Below are positions 17,920-27,608 of a stretch of DNA of 64,000 nucleotides, piece by piece. The position numbers and the translations under genes were made by a program. Every line of letters starts with the position of its first letter. The stretch's first letter is position 1. Origin of the DNA: Pirellulales bacterium (GTDB lineage: Bacteria > Planctomycetota > Planctomycetia > Pirellulales > UBA1268); contig JBIIGJ010000001.1 in assembly GCA_044236455.1 (NCBI GenBank), positions 19,888 through 83,887 on the forward strand. The letters run 5' to 3'. The notes below the pieces were generated by a model, which worked only from the letters and a program-made list of their open reading frames with translations, was not told the origin of the DNA and did not search any database.

Positions 17920-19950
17920 ATGGGATCAGCACGCCGCAACGACACGACGAATAATGGCTCCACGGGCTCGCTTGCCATGACAACACCCGCAGCTCCCCAC
18001 ACGCCACGCCCGCAGGCCATCCGCTCGCTGCCGATCAACGAGCTGATCGCCGTGGGGGCGATTGTGGCCCTGGCCGCCTGGGCCTTGATCACCTGGTCGG
18101 GCCGCGGCGGAGAGCCGGTGTCGCTGGGGCCGATCGATCCCGGCCGCTGGTTTCCCGGCCGTGGTCTCACGCTGGCCGATGTGCCGCTGGTGTTGATGCT
18201 CGTGGCGGGGGGCGTGCCGTTGGTCTGGGATCTGCTTGCCAAGCTGTTCGCGGGCACGTTTGGCTCCGATCTGCTGGCCGGCCTGTCGATCATCACGAGC
18301 GTCCTGCTGGGGGAATACCTCGCCGGCGTGCTCGTCGTGCTGATGCTCTCTGGTGGCGAGGCGCTCGAATCACGTGCCATCAGCCGGGCCGGCGACGTGC
18401 TCAATGCCCTGGCCCGGCGCATGCCGACACTGGCCCATCGCAAGACGGCCGCCGGTCTGACCGACATCGTACTGGCGGAGGTTGCCGTGGGTGACCTGAT
18501 CGTCGTGCTGCCACACGAGATCTGTCCGGTGGACGGCACGGTGGTGTCGGGCCGCGGGTCGATGGACGAGAGCTACCTCACCGGCGAGCCCTACCGCATG
18601 GCGAAGGTTCCTGGGTCGGCCGTGCTCTCGGGTGCGATCAACGGCCAGGCCGCGCTCGAGATTCGCACCGACCGCGTGGCCGGAGACAGCCGCTACGCCA
18701 AGATCATGGACGTGCTTCGCTCGAGCGAGCAGCAACGGCCGCAGCTGCGGCGGATGGCCGACATGCTCGGCGCGTTCTACACGCCGCTGGCCGTGGCGAT
18801 CGCCGCCGCCGCCTGGTTTTTCAGCGGCAGCGCCACGCGGTTTCTCGCGGTGCTCGTGGTGGCCACCCCCTGCCCGCTGCTGATCGCGATCCCGGTGGCG
18901 ATCATCGGCGCCGTGTCACTGGCGGCCAAGCGTGGCATCGTGATCCGCGATCCGGCCATCCTGGAACGGCTCGACACCTGTCGCACCGCCATCTTCGACA
19001 AGACGGGCACGCTCACCTACGGCGAGCCCAGCCTCACCGACGTCGTGCTCCTCGGCGCGTTGACCCGGGCCGATGTGCTGTCGCTGGCCGCCAGCCTCGA
19101 AACCTATTCGAAGCATCCACTCTCCGCGGCCGTGGTGCAGGCCGCCGCGGAGGAATCGCTCCGCCTGCTCGAGGTCGAGGCCTTGGCCGAAAAGCCCGGG
19201 CAGGGTCTCGTCGGCCAGGTGAAACATTTGAACGGCGCCGCGCGTGTGCACGACGTGGTGATCACCAGCCGTCAGAAGCTTCCGAACGTCGATGCTGCCG
19301 GAGTCGCGAAGCTGCCGCCGGTGGCTGGCGGTCTCGAATGCGTGGTCGTGGTGGACGGCAAGACCGAGGCCCTGCTCCGCTTCCGCGACTCGCCGCGGGC
19401 CGACGGCCGGCCGTTCGTCAGCCATTTGAAGCCCGCCCACGGACTGTCCCGCGTGATGCTCGTCTCCGGCGACCGCGAGAGCGAGGTGCGGTGGCTCGCC
19501 GACCTGGTCGGCATCACCGAGGTGCATGCCGGCATCCAGCCGGAGGGCAAGCTCAGGATCGTGGAGCAGGCGACGGCCGAGGCGCCGACCCTGTTTGTCG
19601 GCGACGGGATCAACGATGCGCCGGCGCTCGCGGCGGCGACCGTCGGCATCGCCATGGGTGCGGCCAGCGACGTGACCAGCGAGGCGGCCGGCGCCGTGGT
19701 GATGGATACAGCCCTCGAACGCATCGACGAACTGCTGCACATCGGCCGACGGCTGCGGTCGATCGCGCTGCAAAGCGCCGTGGGGGGCATGGCGGCCAGC
19801 GTGATTGGCATGGGCTTTGCCGCGGCGGGGTTCCTCTCGCCCGCGATGGGCGCGCTCCTCCAGGAGGCGATCGACGTGGTGGCGGTGCTCAACGCCCTCC
19901 GCGTCTCGTGGAACCCGGGAGCACTGACCGACTACCGCGACCGCGTCTGA
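17920..19950 (+). CDS. heavy-metal P1B-type ATPase with TPCP transmembrane motif and no N-terminal metal-binding domain
   Basis: 'DKTGTLT', 'TGEP', '[10 protein letters not shown]', '[11 protein letters not shown]' and '[13 protein letters not shown]'. The ATG directly follows the miaE TGA. Confidence 0.9.
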   Translation: MGSARRNDTTNNGSTGSLAMTTPAAPHTPRPQAIRSLPINELIAVGAIVALAAWALITWSGRGGEPVSLGPIDPGRWFPGRGLTLADVPLVLMLVAGGVPLVWDLLAKLFAGTFGSDLLAGLSIITSVLLGEYLAGVLVVLMLSGGEALESRAISRAGDVLNALARRMPTLAHRKTAAGLTDIVLAEVAVGDLIVVLPHEICPVDGTVVSGRGSMDESYLTGEPYRMAKVPGSAVLSGAINGQAALEIRTDRVAGDSRYAKIMDVLRSSEQQRPQLRRMADMLGAFYTPLAVAIAAAAWFFSGSATRFLAVLVVATPCPLLIAIPVAIIGAVSLAAKRGIVIRDPAILERLDTCRTAIFDKTGTLTYGEPSLTDVVLLGALTRADVLSLAASLETYSKHPLSAAVVQAAAEESLRLLEVEALAEKPGQGLVGQVKHLNGAARVHDVVITSRQKLPNVDAAGVAKLPPVAGGLECVVVVDGKTEALLRFRDSPRADGRPFVSHLKPAHGLSRVMLVSGDRESEVRWLADLVGITEVHAGIQPEGKLRIVEQATAEAPTLFVGDGINDAPALAAATVGIAMGAASDVTSEAAGAVVMDTALERIDELLHIGRRLRSIALQSAVGGMAASVIGMGFAAAGFLSPAMGALLQEAIDVVAVLNALRVSWNPGALTDYRDRV

Positions 19951-20699
19951 CCGCGGACAACGGCCGCGGCCGCCTGCGTGGCGAGCCCGCCACCGGCCCA
20001 GACCGCGGCCCCCGCGAGCGCCCCGGTGATCACGCCGCCCGGTCCGGCCGGCAGACCGGCCAGGGCGCAGGCTGCGGCGGACGTGGCGAGCCCCGCGGCC
20101 TCACCGGCCCGGCGGCTGTCGGCGGCGGGGCGTCCGGCATGATGGGCCGTCCACTCGGCGGCCAGGGCCGCAGCCTCTCCGGCAATGGCCGCGGGCACGA
20201 GCGTGCGCAGGCCCAGCCGCACGGTGGTTCCCAACGCGGTTCGGACGGCGATCCGTTCAGCCGCGCCGACCGTCGCGTTTGCGAGCAGTCTGCGGGCCGA
20301 CACCGCGGCCGCCACCCGGGCCGCCGCGCCGCTGATCCTCGCCAGCACGATGTCGACCTGACGGCTCGTCCGCTCACCGGTCGCACACCAGGTGGCAAAG
20401 TGCTCGCAGTTGTCGACCACCGGGCAGTAGCCCGCTCGGCCGACATGGTCAAGCGCCCTCGCGACGACCTCGTCGGGCGGATAGGCGGCGGCCGGCTCCG
20501 TCGTCGTGAGTACCACGCCGCCGCCGGCAAACTCCGCCAGGCTCGTCCGCACCACGCGGCCACCCGCCAGGGGGCTCTGAAAGTCATCCGGCCGCGCATG
20601 CACGACCGTGCCGTCGCCCACATCGATCCCGTGGTGCATGTACGCCACGGTCGAGCCGGCCAGCCGTCGTTCCACCCGTAGTCGATCGCCAGCTGCCAT
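19932..20699 (-). CDS. LRAT/NlpC-P60 superfamily domain protein with Ala/Gly-rich C-terminal region
   Basis: '[16 protein letters not shown]' (His box) and '[11 protein letters not shown]' (NCEHF catalytic Cys motif). Its 3' end overlaps the ATPase by 19 nt. Confidence 0.7.
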   Translation of the reverse strand: MAAGDRLRVERRLAGSTVAYMHHGIDVGDGTVVHARPDDFQSPLAGGRVVRTSLAEFAGGGVVLTTTEPAAAYPPDEVVARALDHVGRAGYCPVVDNCEHFATWCATGERTSRQVDIVLARISGAAARVAAAVSARRLLANATVGAAERIAVRTALGTTVRLGLRTLVPAAIAGEAAALAAEWTAHHAGRPAADSRRAGEAAGLATSAAACALAGLPAGPGGVITGALAGAAVWAGGGLATQAAAAVVRGQTRSR

Positions 20700-20943
20700 C
20701 CGTCGCTCTCCTGCGGCCGCTGCCCGTCACTGCTTCGTCACCGGACGCTCCCCAAGTCTACGCACCCGGCGACGCCACGGTTCGGCGGCCCTTGTCAGCC
20801 CGGCATGCCCAGACGTGAAATGCTCGCAGTGTGAGAATTTGATGCGTTTCCAGCGGCGGCTTGTGCCCGTCCATGGGCCGCCGTAGTGTGCACGGCTTCA
20901 TCCGGTCGATCCTGAAGCGGGCAACCTGCAGAAAGCGGCAGCC

Positions 20944-22488
20944 ATGGAAGTCTTCAACACGCTTGGCACGGGACAACTCTTCCTGCTGCTCGTCGCGTTG
21001 GCGATCGCGTTTGGATTCGAGGTCATCAACGGCTTCCATGACACGGCCAACGCCGTGGCCACGGTCATCTACACCAAATCGATGAAGCCAACGCCCGCCG
21101 TCGTCTGGTCGGGGCTGTGGAACTTCATCGGCGTGCATGCCGGCGGGATCGGCGTGGCCTTCAGCATCGTGCACCTCCTGCCCGTCGACCTTCTGGTCAA
21201 CATCAAGACGGGCCGCGGCCTGGCGATGGTGCTGTCGCTTTTGGGCGCGGCGATCATCTGGAATTTCGCCACCTGGTATCGCGGCCTGCCGGCCTCCAGT
21301 TCCCACTCGCTGATCGGCTCGATCATGGGTGTGGGCATGATGAATGCCCTCATGGAGCATGGCTCGATGGCCCGCGGCATCAACTGGCATAAGGCCACCG
21401 AGGTGGGGATCGCTCTTTTGCTTTCACCGGCCATCGGCTTCGGTCTGGCTGCTTTGCTCCTGCTGATCAGCAAGCAGCTGATCCCGGCCAAGGAGCTCTA
21501 CGAGCCGCCCCGCGGTGACCGGCCACCGCCGTGGTGGATCCGGGCCCTGCTCATTGGCACCTGCACCGGCGTGAGCTTCGCGCACGGCTCCAACGATGGC
21601 CAGAAGGGGATGGGGCTGATCATGCTGGTGCTGATCGGCATCGTGCCGGCCGCCTACGCGCTCAACATGAACTCGTCGACGGCGGACCTGACAGCCACGG
21701 TGGCAGCGGCCCAAAAACTAGAGACCGAACTGTCCGATCCGCAGGTGGCAAACTTGATGGACGCGCTCAAGGACCGGCATCTCGCCGAATCCCGGGTCGA
21801 GCGACTCTCGCGGACCGACACCGTGTCTGCCGCCGAAGTGGTCGAGGCAACGCTCGTGGACGACGTGCTCGATCCCTACCCTGCCAACGATGTCGTGCTC
21901 GCCACGCTCGATCCGCTGCCGCTGGTGAAAAGCGTGCTGACGAGCCTCGAGGGCCGCACGAGCTTCAGCGATTTGCATCCCGACGAACGCTGGCAGCTGC
22001 GGACCAGCCTGGTCGAACTGGGAGCCTCGGTCCGCACGCTCTTGCGGCAGTTTGGTGACAACCTGGCCGAGGACCGCCGCCAGGTACTCAAGAGCCTGGC
22101 TGGGCAACTGGCCAAGCCGGTGGAATACGTGCCGGAGTGGGTGGTGATGGGTGTGGCGCTCTGCCTGGGCATCGGCACGATGTTCGGCTGGGAGCGGATC
22201 GTGAAGACGGTGGGCGAGAAGATCGGCAAGACGCATCTCACCTACGCGCAAGGGGGCGCGGCTGAACTGGTCGCTGCCACCACGATCGCGATGGCAGACC
22301 ATCTCGGCATGCCGGTCAGCACGACGCACGTGCTCTCCAGCGGCGTGGCGGGCACGATGTGGGCGAACAAGTCGGGCATCCAGGCGGAGACGGTCCGCGA
22401 GATCGCGCTGGCCTGGATCCTCACGCTGCCTGTGGCGATGGCCCTCTCAGGCGGCCTCTACTGGCTGGCGACCTGGTTTGTGGGGTAG
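20944..22488 (+). CDS. inorganic phosphate transporter, PiT family
   Basis: 'GFHDTANAVATVIY' and the C-terminal repeat 'PVSTTHVLSSGVAG' are the PiT signature pair. Confidence 0.9.
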   Translation: MEVFNTLGTGQLFLLLVALAIAFGFEVINGFHDTANAVATVIYTKSMKPTPAVVWSGLWNFIGVHAGGIGVAFSIVHLLPVDLLVNIKTGRGLAMVLSLLGAAIIWNFATWYRGLPASSSHSLIGSIMGVGMMNALMEHGSMARGINWHKATEVGIALLLSPAIGFGLAALLLLISKQLIPAKELYEPPRGDRPPPWWIRALLIGTCTGVSFAHGSNDGQKGMGLIMLVLIGIVPAAYALNMNSSTADLTATVAAAQKLETELSDPQVANLMDALKDRHLAESRVERLSRTDTVSAAEVVEATLVDDVLDPYPANDVVLATLDPLPLVKSVLTSLEGRTSFSDLHPDERWQLRTSLVELGASVRTLLRQFGDNLAEDRRQVLKSLAGQLAKPVEYVPEWVVMGVALCLGIGTMFGWERIVKTVGEKIGKTHLTYAQGGAAELVAATTIAMADHLGMPVSTTHVLSSGVAGTMWANKSGIQAETVREIALAWILTLPVAMALSGGLYWLATWFVG

Positions 22489-22699
22489 GTCACGCTGTGT
22501 GGCGCCGCCAGGGTGTCGCTATGCCGTATTGGTTCGCCGGCTGCGGCATGCTCGTCGCCGGCGGATTCTGCTACAGGATGCTCTTGGACGAATCGTGCAT
22601 CGCTCGTGAGTCGCAGAATTCACCGGCTCCTGCGCGTGCCTCCGACCGGCTCCTCAAGCGCAACCCAAGGAATCTATCACAACGAGTCGGGGTCTCCGT

Positions 22700-22836
22700 G
22701 AGGGGCTGCCCATGTCCCGAGAGCCGGCGTTGCTGACAAGCGCAGGCAGGATGCCGGAGCGCAGTCAGCATCGAGTGAGCGAAGGGCAGGATGCCCGAAG
22801 CGAACGTCCGGCGACGGGGCATGGGCAGCCCCGAAC
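22700..22836. repeat. dispersed intergenic repeat, compact copy (inverted relative to 15811-16044)
   Basis: Its reverse complement reads gttcggggctgcccatgccccgtcgccggacgttcgcttcgggcat..ccttcgctcactcgatgctgactgcgctccggcatcctgcctgcgc..gcaacgccggctctcgggacatgggcagcccctc, matching the modules at 15.8-16.0 kb. Confidence 0.85.
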
Positions 22837-22850
22837 CGCGCGAGGCGACA

Positions 22851-24578
22851 TCAGCCTCTGCTGCGTTGGCGGAAATACTTGAGGCCCGGCACGAAGAAAC
22901 AGATGCCGCTCACGACGCCGAAGATGATGTGCGACAGATCGCGGGCCATGCACATCACGAGCGCCGTGGCGAAGAGCACAGCTGCCTGAATGTAGAAGGC
23001 GCCGGAGAGAATCCCCGCCTTCGCGAAGAACACGAGCCCTGCCAGCAGGGCGAGCACGGGCGAGAGGGTGAGCACCGGCAGACCGAGCAGCGCCTCGACC
23101 CAGAAGAGCATCACGCTGGCGATCACGCTGCCGCCCCAGATGTGGGCGATCTGGCGTTCGACCGCGGTCACGGGCCCCGTGCGATGCCGCAGCGCCCAGA
23201 AGATCGGCGCCCAAAGTGCCAGGCCGCCGGCCCAGAGCACGAGATAGGGCCAGCGGGTGGTCACGCCCTGCCAGGCCAGCACATCGGTCGTCACGCAGAG
23301 CGCGAGAATGACGACGGAGTGCCACATCCAGAGGAGCCCCCAGTTCTCCAGGACCACCGCGTGGTGGGTTTCCCGGAACAGGCGGGCCACGATGTCGGCG
23401 AACCCACCGTGCCGGGCGGCCACCGGCTCGCCGGCCAGAAAGGCCCGCAGATCCGCGGCCAGTTCCGTCGCGGAGCTGTAGCGGAGTTCCTGCGGCTTCT
23501 GCAGCGACTTCAGCGCGATCATCTCCAGATCGCGGTCCACCTGTTGGTCGATCGACCGCGGCACGGGCGGATCCGATTCGAGCACCGCCAGGAGCGTGTC
23601 CATGGGGCTCGAGGCCTGGAACGGCGGTCGGCCGGTGAGCATCTGATACAGGATCGCGCCCAGACTCCAGACATCGCTCGTCGGCCCGACGTCGCCGCGG
23701 CTGCCGGCCGCCTGTTCTGGCGACATGTAGCAGGGTGTGCCGAGGATGGCGCCGGTGTGGGTTACCGACTCCTCCGCCTCCAGCCGCTTGGCCAAGCCGA
23801 AGTCGGAGACATGGGGCTCGCCACCGGAGTCGATGAGGATGTTCGAGGGCTTCAAGTCACGATGGAGCACGCCCCGCGCATGGGCCGCCTGCACGGCGTC
23901 GGCCACCTTCGCCAGCAGGGCCGCGGCCTCGCGGGCCGGAAGCGGCCCTTGCCGCAACTGTTTGGCGAGCGTCGTGCCCTCCACAAGCTGCATGCTGTAG
24001 AAGGGGTGTCCATCGCACTCGCCGACCTCGAAGATTGAGACGATTCCGGGATGGTCGAGCTGCGCGGCGGCTTCCGCCTCACTGCGAAATCGTGACAGAT
24101 CAGACGGCGTCGCCAGATCCCGCCGCAGGAGCATCTTGATCGCCACCGTGCGGCCCAGGCTTTTCTGCAGGGCGCGGTAGACCACCCCCATGCCCCCGCG
24201 GCCGATCTCTTCGAGGAGTTCATAATCGCCGAATGCCGCCGGCAGAGGCGTGACACCGGGCAGCATGCCTGTGCCCGCCGTTGGCCACGAAGCGGTTGGC
24301 GACGTTCCACTCCCGATGCTGCGGTCGGCCTCGCGGTCACCGGGAGAAAAGATCGTCGAATGCTCGGCGACCGCGTCAGTCACCATGATCGCGGCGAACA
24401 GTTCGCGGAGCTGGCCGGCCAGGGCCGGGTGCGCGGCTGCGTGATGTTCCAGGAGCGCCTGGGCCGCCGGGCCCCGCAACTCGGAGAGTTCTTCAACTAA
24501 GGTCGCCAGCAGTTCCTCGTCACCGGGCGCCAGCAGCGTATCGATGGCGCGGGTACGGGATGCGGTGATGGGGGTCAT
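22851..24578 (-). CDS. Ser/Thr protein kinase with C-terminal polytopic membrane domain
   Basis: Hanks motifs 'GRGGMGVVYRA', 'VAIKML', 'HRDLKPSNIL', 'DFGLA' and 'GTPCYMSPE', followed by about 6 predicted TM helices. Confidence 0.9.
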   Translation of the reverse strand: MTPITASRTRAIDTLLAPGDEELLATLVEELSELRGPAAQALLEHHAAAHPALAGQLRELFAAIMVTDAVAEHSTIFSPGDREADRSIGSGTSPTASWPTAGTGMLPGVTPLPAAFGDYELLEEIGRGGMGVVYRALQKSLGRTVAIKMLLRRDLATPSDLSRFRSEAEAAAQLDHPGIVSIFEVGECDGHPFYSMQLVEGTTLAKQLRQGPLPAREAAALLAKVADAVQAAHARGVLHRDLKPSNILIDSGGEPHVSDFGLAKRLEAEESVTHTGAILGTPCYMSPEQAAGSRGDVGPTSDVWSLGAILYQMLTGRPPFQASSPMDTLLAVLESDPPVPRSIDQQVDRDLEMIALKSLQKPQELRYSSATELAADLRAFLAGEPVAARHGGFADIVARLFRETHHAVVLENWGLLWMWHSVVILALCVTTDVLAWQGVTTRWPYLVLWAGGLALWAPIFWALRHRTGPVTAVERQIAHIWGGSVIASVMLFWVEALLGLPVLTLSPVLALLAGLVFFAKAGILSGAFYIQAAVLFATALVMCMARDLSHIIFGVVSGICFFVPGLKYFRQRSRG

Positions 24579-24625
24579 GTCGAGGCCTCTCGGTCATGAT
24601 AGGCCGCTGAGGCGAATGGGGAGGT

Positions 24626-25435
24626 TCATGAGCCGCCGGCCTTCCCAGTGACAGTCTGCCCGGCCTGCTCGATCGCCAGCGAATCGAAGCCGCCATCGAG
24701 CAGGACCCGGAGCCGGCGCATCGCCCGCAGATACCGCATTCCCGCCGCGGGCTTGGACAGGCCCAGCACAGCGGCCGCGTCCGCCGTGGAAAGATGTTCG
24801 AAGTGTCGCAGCAGCACGATCTTGCGATCGTCCTCGTCGAGCTGCTCCACCGCCTCGGCAAACCGGCGCTCGAGTTCGTGCCAGGTCGCAGCCGCGGCCG
24901 GGGTGAGTTCACGGTCGGCCAACTGGCCGATCAGGTCGGCCTGCGAATGATCCTGTCCCTCGGCCACCGTCAGCGATACCTCGCGGTCGAGGCTGCGATT
25001 GCCCGCGACGCGGTGCCGGCGGTGGGCGTCGATGAGGCGATCCCGGGCCATGTGTCGCAGCCAGAGCTGGAACGGCATGGTGGGGTTGGCCAGATAGTCC
25101 CCCAGCCGACGGTTGGCTTCGATCATCACGTCCTGCACGATGTCGCTGGCATCGACCCGTCGCTGCACGACCCGGTCCATCCGCTGGTCGATCATCCGCC
25201 GGATCGCCGCCCGATGCCGCTCGAGCAGGCCGTTGACCGCCTCGCCATCCCCTTGCCGCACCCGGTCGAGCAGCACCAGCGTCGGCTGCGGATCGGAGGC
25301 CGCCGGACCACTGGGGGAGCCTGTGGCCGCCGCTGCGGCGGGGCCGGCGACTGCGGCGACGGTATCGGACGTGCGGGTCGTACTGGCCATGCCAATCTCG
25401 TCCAACAAACGGTGAGCGTCTCTTGCATCGTCCAT
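24626..25435 (-). CDS. ECF-type sigma-70 family RNA polymerase sigma factor
   Basis: Region 2 'DASDIVQDVMIEANRRL..FQLWLRHMARDRLIDAHRRH' and region 4 'DRKIVLLRHFEHLSTADAAAVLGLSKPAAGMRYLRAMRRL'. Start set at ATG 25435, so the track ORF to 26251 is over-extended. Confidence 0.85.
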   Translation of the reverse strand: MDDARDAHRLLDEIGMASTTRTSDTVAAVAGPAAAAATGSPSGPAASDPQPTLVLLDRVRQGDGEAVNGLLERHRAAIRRMIDQRMDRVVQRRVDASDIVQDVMIEANRRLGDYLANPTMPFQLWLRHMARDRLIDAHRRHRVAGNRSLDREVSLTVAEGQDHSQADLIGQLADRELTPAAAATWHELERRFAEAVEQLDEDDRKIVLLRHFEHLSTADAAAVLGLSKPAAGMRYLRAMRRLRVLLDGGFDSLAIEQAGQTVTGKAGGS

Positions 25436-25605
25436 CGTACCAAGGTGTCGCCTCGACGTGTCGCGGAGACGGACGATGACGGTTGTTCCAGGCTTTTCGA
25501 GGCTGACCCGGCGGGTGGGAAAAAATCTGCAGCGCGGCAGGCCGCAATTTTTTGACCGCCTTCTGAACGTGATCCATAATCGCGAGCGGTCAACGGAGAG
25601 ACCGC

Positions 25606-27420
25606 ATGCCTGCCGCGTTTGTGTGCGGCCTTGCGAATGGATTGCCGTCAGTGAGCGTCGTTCCCCCCTCGACGTGTGGCCATGCCCGGGTTTTCCCGGT
25701 GCCGTTTCGGGCTTGCCTGCCCCGCCCCCGTCTGACGGCCTGGCTGACGACGCGGCTGGTGGCAATCGGACTGTCGCTCGCCGGCCTTGTCGCGGGCGGC
25801 ACCGGCCTGGCGGCGGAGGCTGCGGTCCCGAAGGCTCCGGAGCTGGTGCGGGCACCCGAGTTGCCTGCGGGGCAGGATGAGCTGGCGTCCCGGTCCACCA
25901 TGCTCGAGCGCGAGCAGCGGTGGGCCGACGTGGTGGCCCTCTGTGAGACGGCAGCCCGCAAAGGGACCCTCTCCCCCGACGTGCACCGGCGGTATGACCT
26001 GGCCAAGATCCATTGCGATCTGGCCCGCCGTCATTGTGAGCATGCGTTCCGCACGCAGCTTTCCAAGCTCGCCGAAACCGACGCCCGCCGGCTCTACGCG
26101 GAGGTGCTCGGACGCATCGGCTCCCACCACGTCGAGGCGCCGCAATTCGCCCGGCTCGTCTCCCGTGGCTGCCTGACGATGGATGTGGCGATCGATGACC
26201 CGACGTTCGTGTCGCGGTATGCCCCCCAGGCCACTCCCGAGCGCCGGGCACTGTACCGGGACCAGGTGGCGCGGATCACCGCCGGCCGGACCATCACCTC
26301 ACCGGTCGAGGCGGAGACTTTGGCTGCCTGGGTGGCGCGGGCCGGCCACGCGACGCTCGGCATTCCTCCGGCCGTGACACTGATGGAGATGACCGCGGCC
26401 GCGGTGGGCGGCCTCGACGAATATTCCGCCTTCCTCACCAACGGCCAACTCGACGATCTCTACGCCCAGATCGAGGGCAATTTCGTGGGGCTCGGCGTGG
26501 AGCTGAAAAGTGCCGATGACGGGCTCCTGGTGGTGCACGTGATTCCCGCGAGTCCGGCTGAGCGGGCTGGGATCCGCGCCGGCGATCATCTGGTGGGCGT
26601 GGGTGGCCGGTCGATCGGCGGCATGAACGTGGACGAGGCAGCCCAGCTGCTGCAGGGCCCCGAGGGCTCGGTCGCCACACTCGCCATCCTCAGGTCGCCG
26701 GCTCCGGCCCGGGCCGTGACGGTCCGTCGGGAGCATGTCGAGGTTCCGAGCATCGAGAACGTGCGGATGCTCGATCCCGCGACCGGTGTCGGCTATCTGA
26801 AGATCTCCTCCTTCCAGAAGACCACCGCCGCCGACCTGGAAGCTGCCCTGCGTCGGCTCGACGCCGCCGGCATGCGGTCGATGGTGATCGATCTGCGGGG
26901 CAATCCGGGCGGCCTGTTGTCGGCGGCGGTCGATGTGTCCGACCTGTTCCTCGAGCGGGGCCTGGTCGTGGCCACCCGCGGCCGCAGCCCCGAGGAGGAT
27001 TTCAACTACTCGGCCAGCCGTCCAGGCACGTGGCGGATGCCTCTGGTAGTGGTCATCGACGGGGAATCTGCCAGCTCGAGCGAGATTTTTGCGGGCGCCA
27101 TGCGTGACCACGGCCGGGCGACGCTTGTCGGCACTCGCAGCTACGGGAAGGGCTCGATTCAGGGCATCTTCCCGCTGGAGGTGGGTGGCGTGGGCATGCG
27201 GCTGACGACCGCGAAGTTCTTCTCGCCGAAGGGGCTGCCCTACAGCCGAGTGGGGGTCGAGCCCGACCTGCAGGTGCAGTCGGTCGCGCGGCCTGCCGCG
27301 GGGGTGTTCGTGGCCCAGGCGAACGACCCGTTCATCGATGCGGCACTGGAGGTGGCCCGGCGCACGGTGGCTGCCCGCCCGGTGGCGAAGCCTGTGAGCC
27401 GGTCGACCGTCGCCCGCTAG
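25606..27420 (+). CDS. S41 family C-terminal processing peptidase with PDZ domain
   Basis: PDZ 'GVELKSADDGLLVVHVIPASPAERAGIRAGDHLVGVGG', and catalytic 'DLRGNPGG' and 'SASSSEIFAGA..GTRSYGKGS'. Start uncertain. Confidence 0.85.
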   Translation: MPAAFVCGLANGLPSVSVVPPSTCGHARVFPVPFRACLPRPRLTAWLTTRLVAIGLSLAGLVAGGTGLAAEAAVPKAPELVRAPELPAGQDELASRSTMLEREQRWADVVALCETAARKGTLSPDVHRRYDLAKIHCDLARRHCEHAFRTQLSKLAETDARRLYAEVLGRIGSHHVEAPQFARLVSRGCLTMDVAIDDPTFVSRYAPQATPERRALYRDQVARITAGRTITSPVEAETLAAWVARAGHATLGIPPAVTLMEMTAAAVGGLDEYSAFLTNGQLDDLYAQIEGNFVGLGVELKSADDGLLVVHVIPASPAERAGIRAGDHLVGVGGRSIGGMNVDEAAQLLQGPEGSVATLAILRSPAPARAVTVRREHVEVPSIENVRMLDPATGVGYLKISSFQKTTAADLEAALRRLDAAGMRSMVIDLRGNPGGLLSAAVDVSDLFLERGLVVATRGRSPEEDFNYSASRPGTWRMPLVVVIDGESASSSEIFAGAMRDHGRATLVGTRSYGKGSIQGIFPLEVGGVGMRLTTAKFFSPKGLPYSRVGVEPDLQVQSVARPAAGVFVAQANDPFIDAALEVARRTVAARPVAKPVSRSTVAR

Positions 27421-27608
27421 CCGCGCCGATTCCTGACGCGGGCGAGGCTACTTGAACTGGCCCGGTCGCGCCGCTAGTCTGCGAAAGATTTCTGAAAATC
27501 TGCGGGCCGTTGAATTCTTCTTCTGGCGGCGGTCCGCTTGTTTTTCAACCACCAACCACCCCTGAACTGCGCGACCGGTGCGCAGTCCCGTAGAAGAAGG
27601 ACTTTGCC

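Noticed and set aside
24626-26251. 541-aa version of the sigma-factor ORF, and similar N-terminally extended track ORFs (39915-41885, 35784-36944, 43006-43863, 14395-15042, 49713-51293, 56634-57077).
   Set aside because: The upstream extensions are Arg/Pro-rich, overlap neighbouring genes, and precede internal ATG/GTG codons that give proper signal peptides, SDs or canonical N-termini. The shorter starts were used.
27524-27540. Sigma54-type promoter (TGGC..GC) upstream of glnN.
   Set aside because: tggcggcggtccgcttg has the GG and GC elements one nucleotide too close and lacks the TTGC context. It is not convincing without a computed score.
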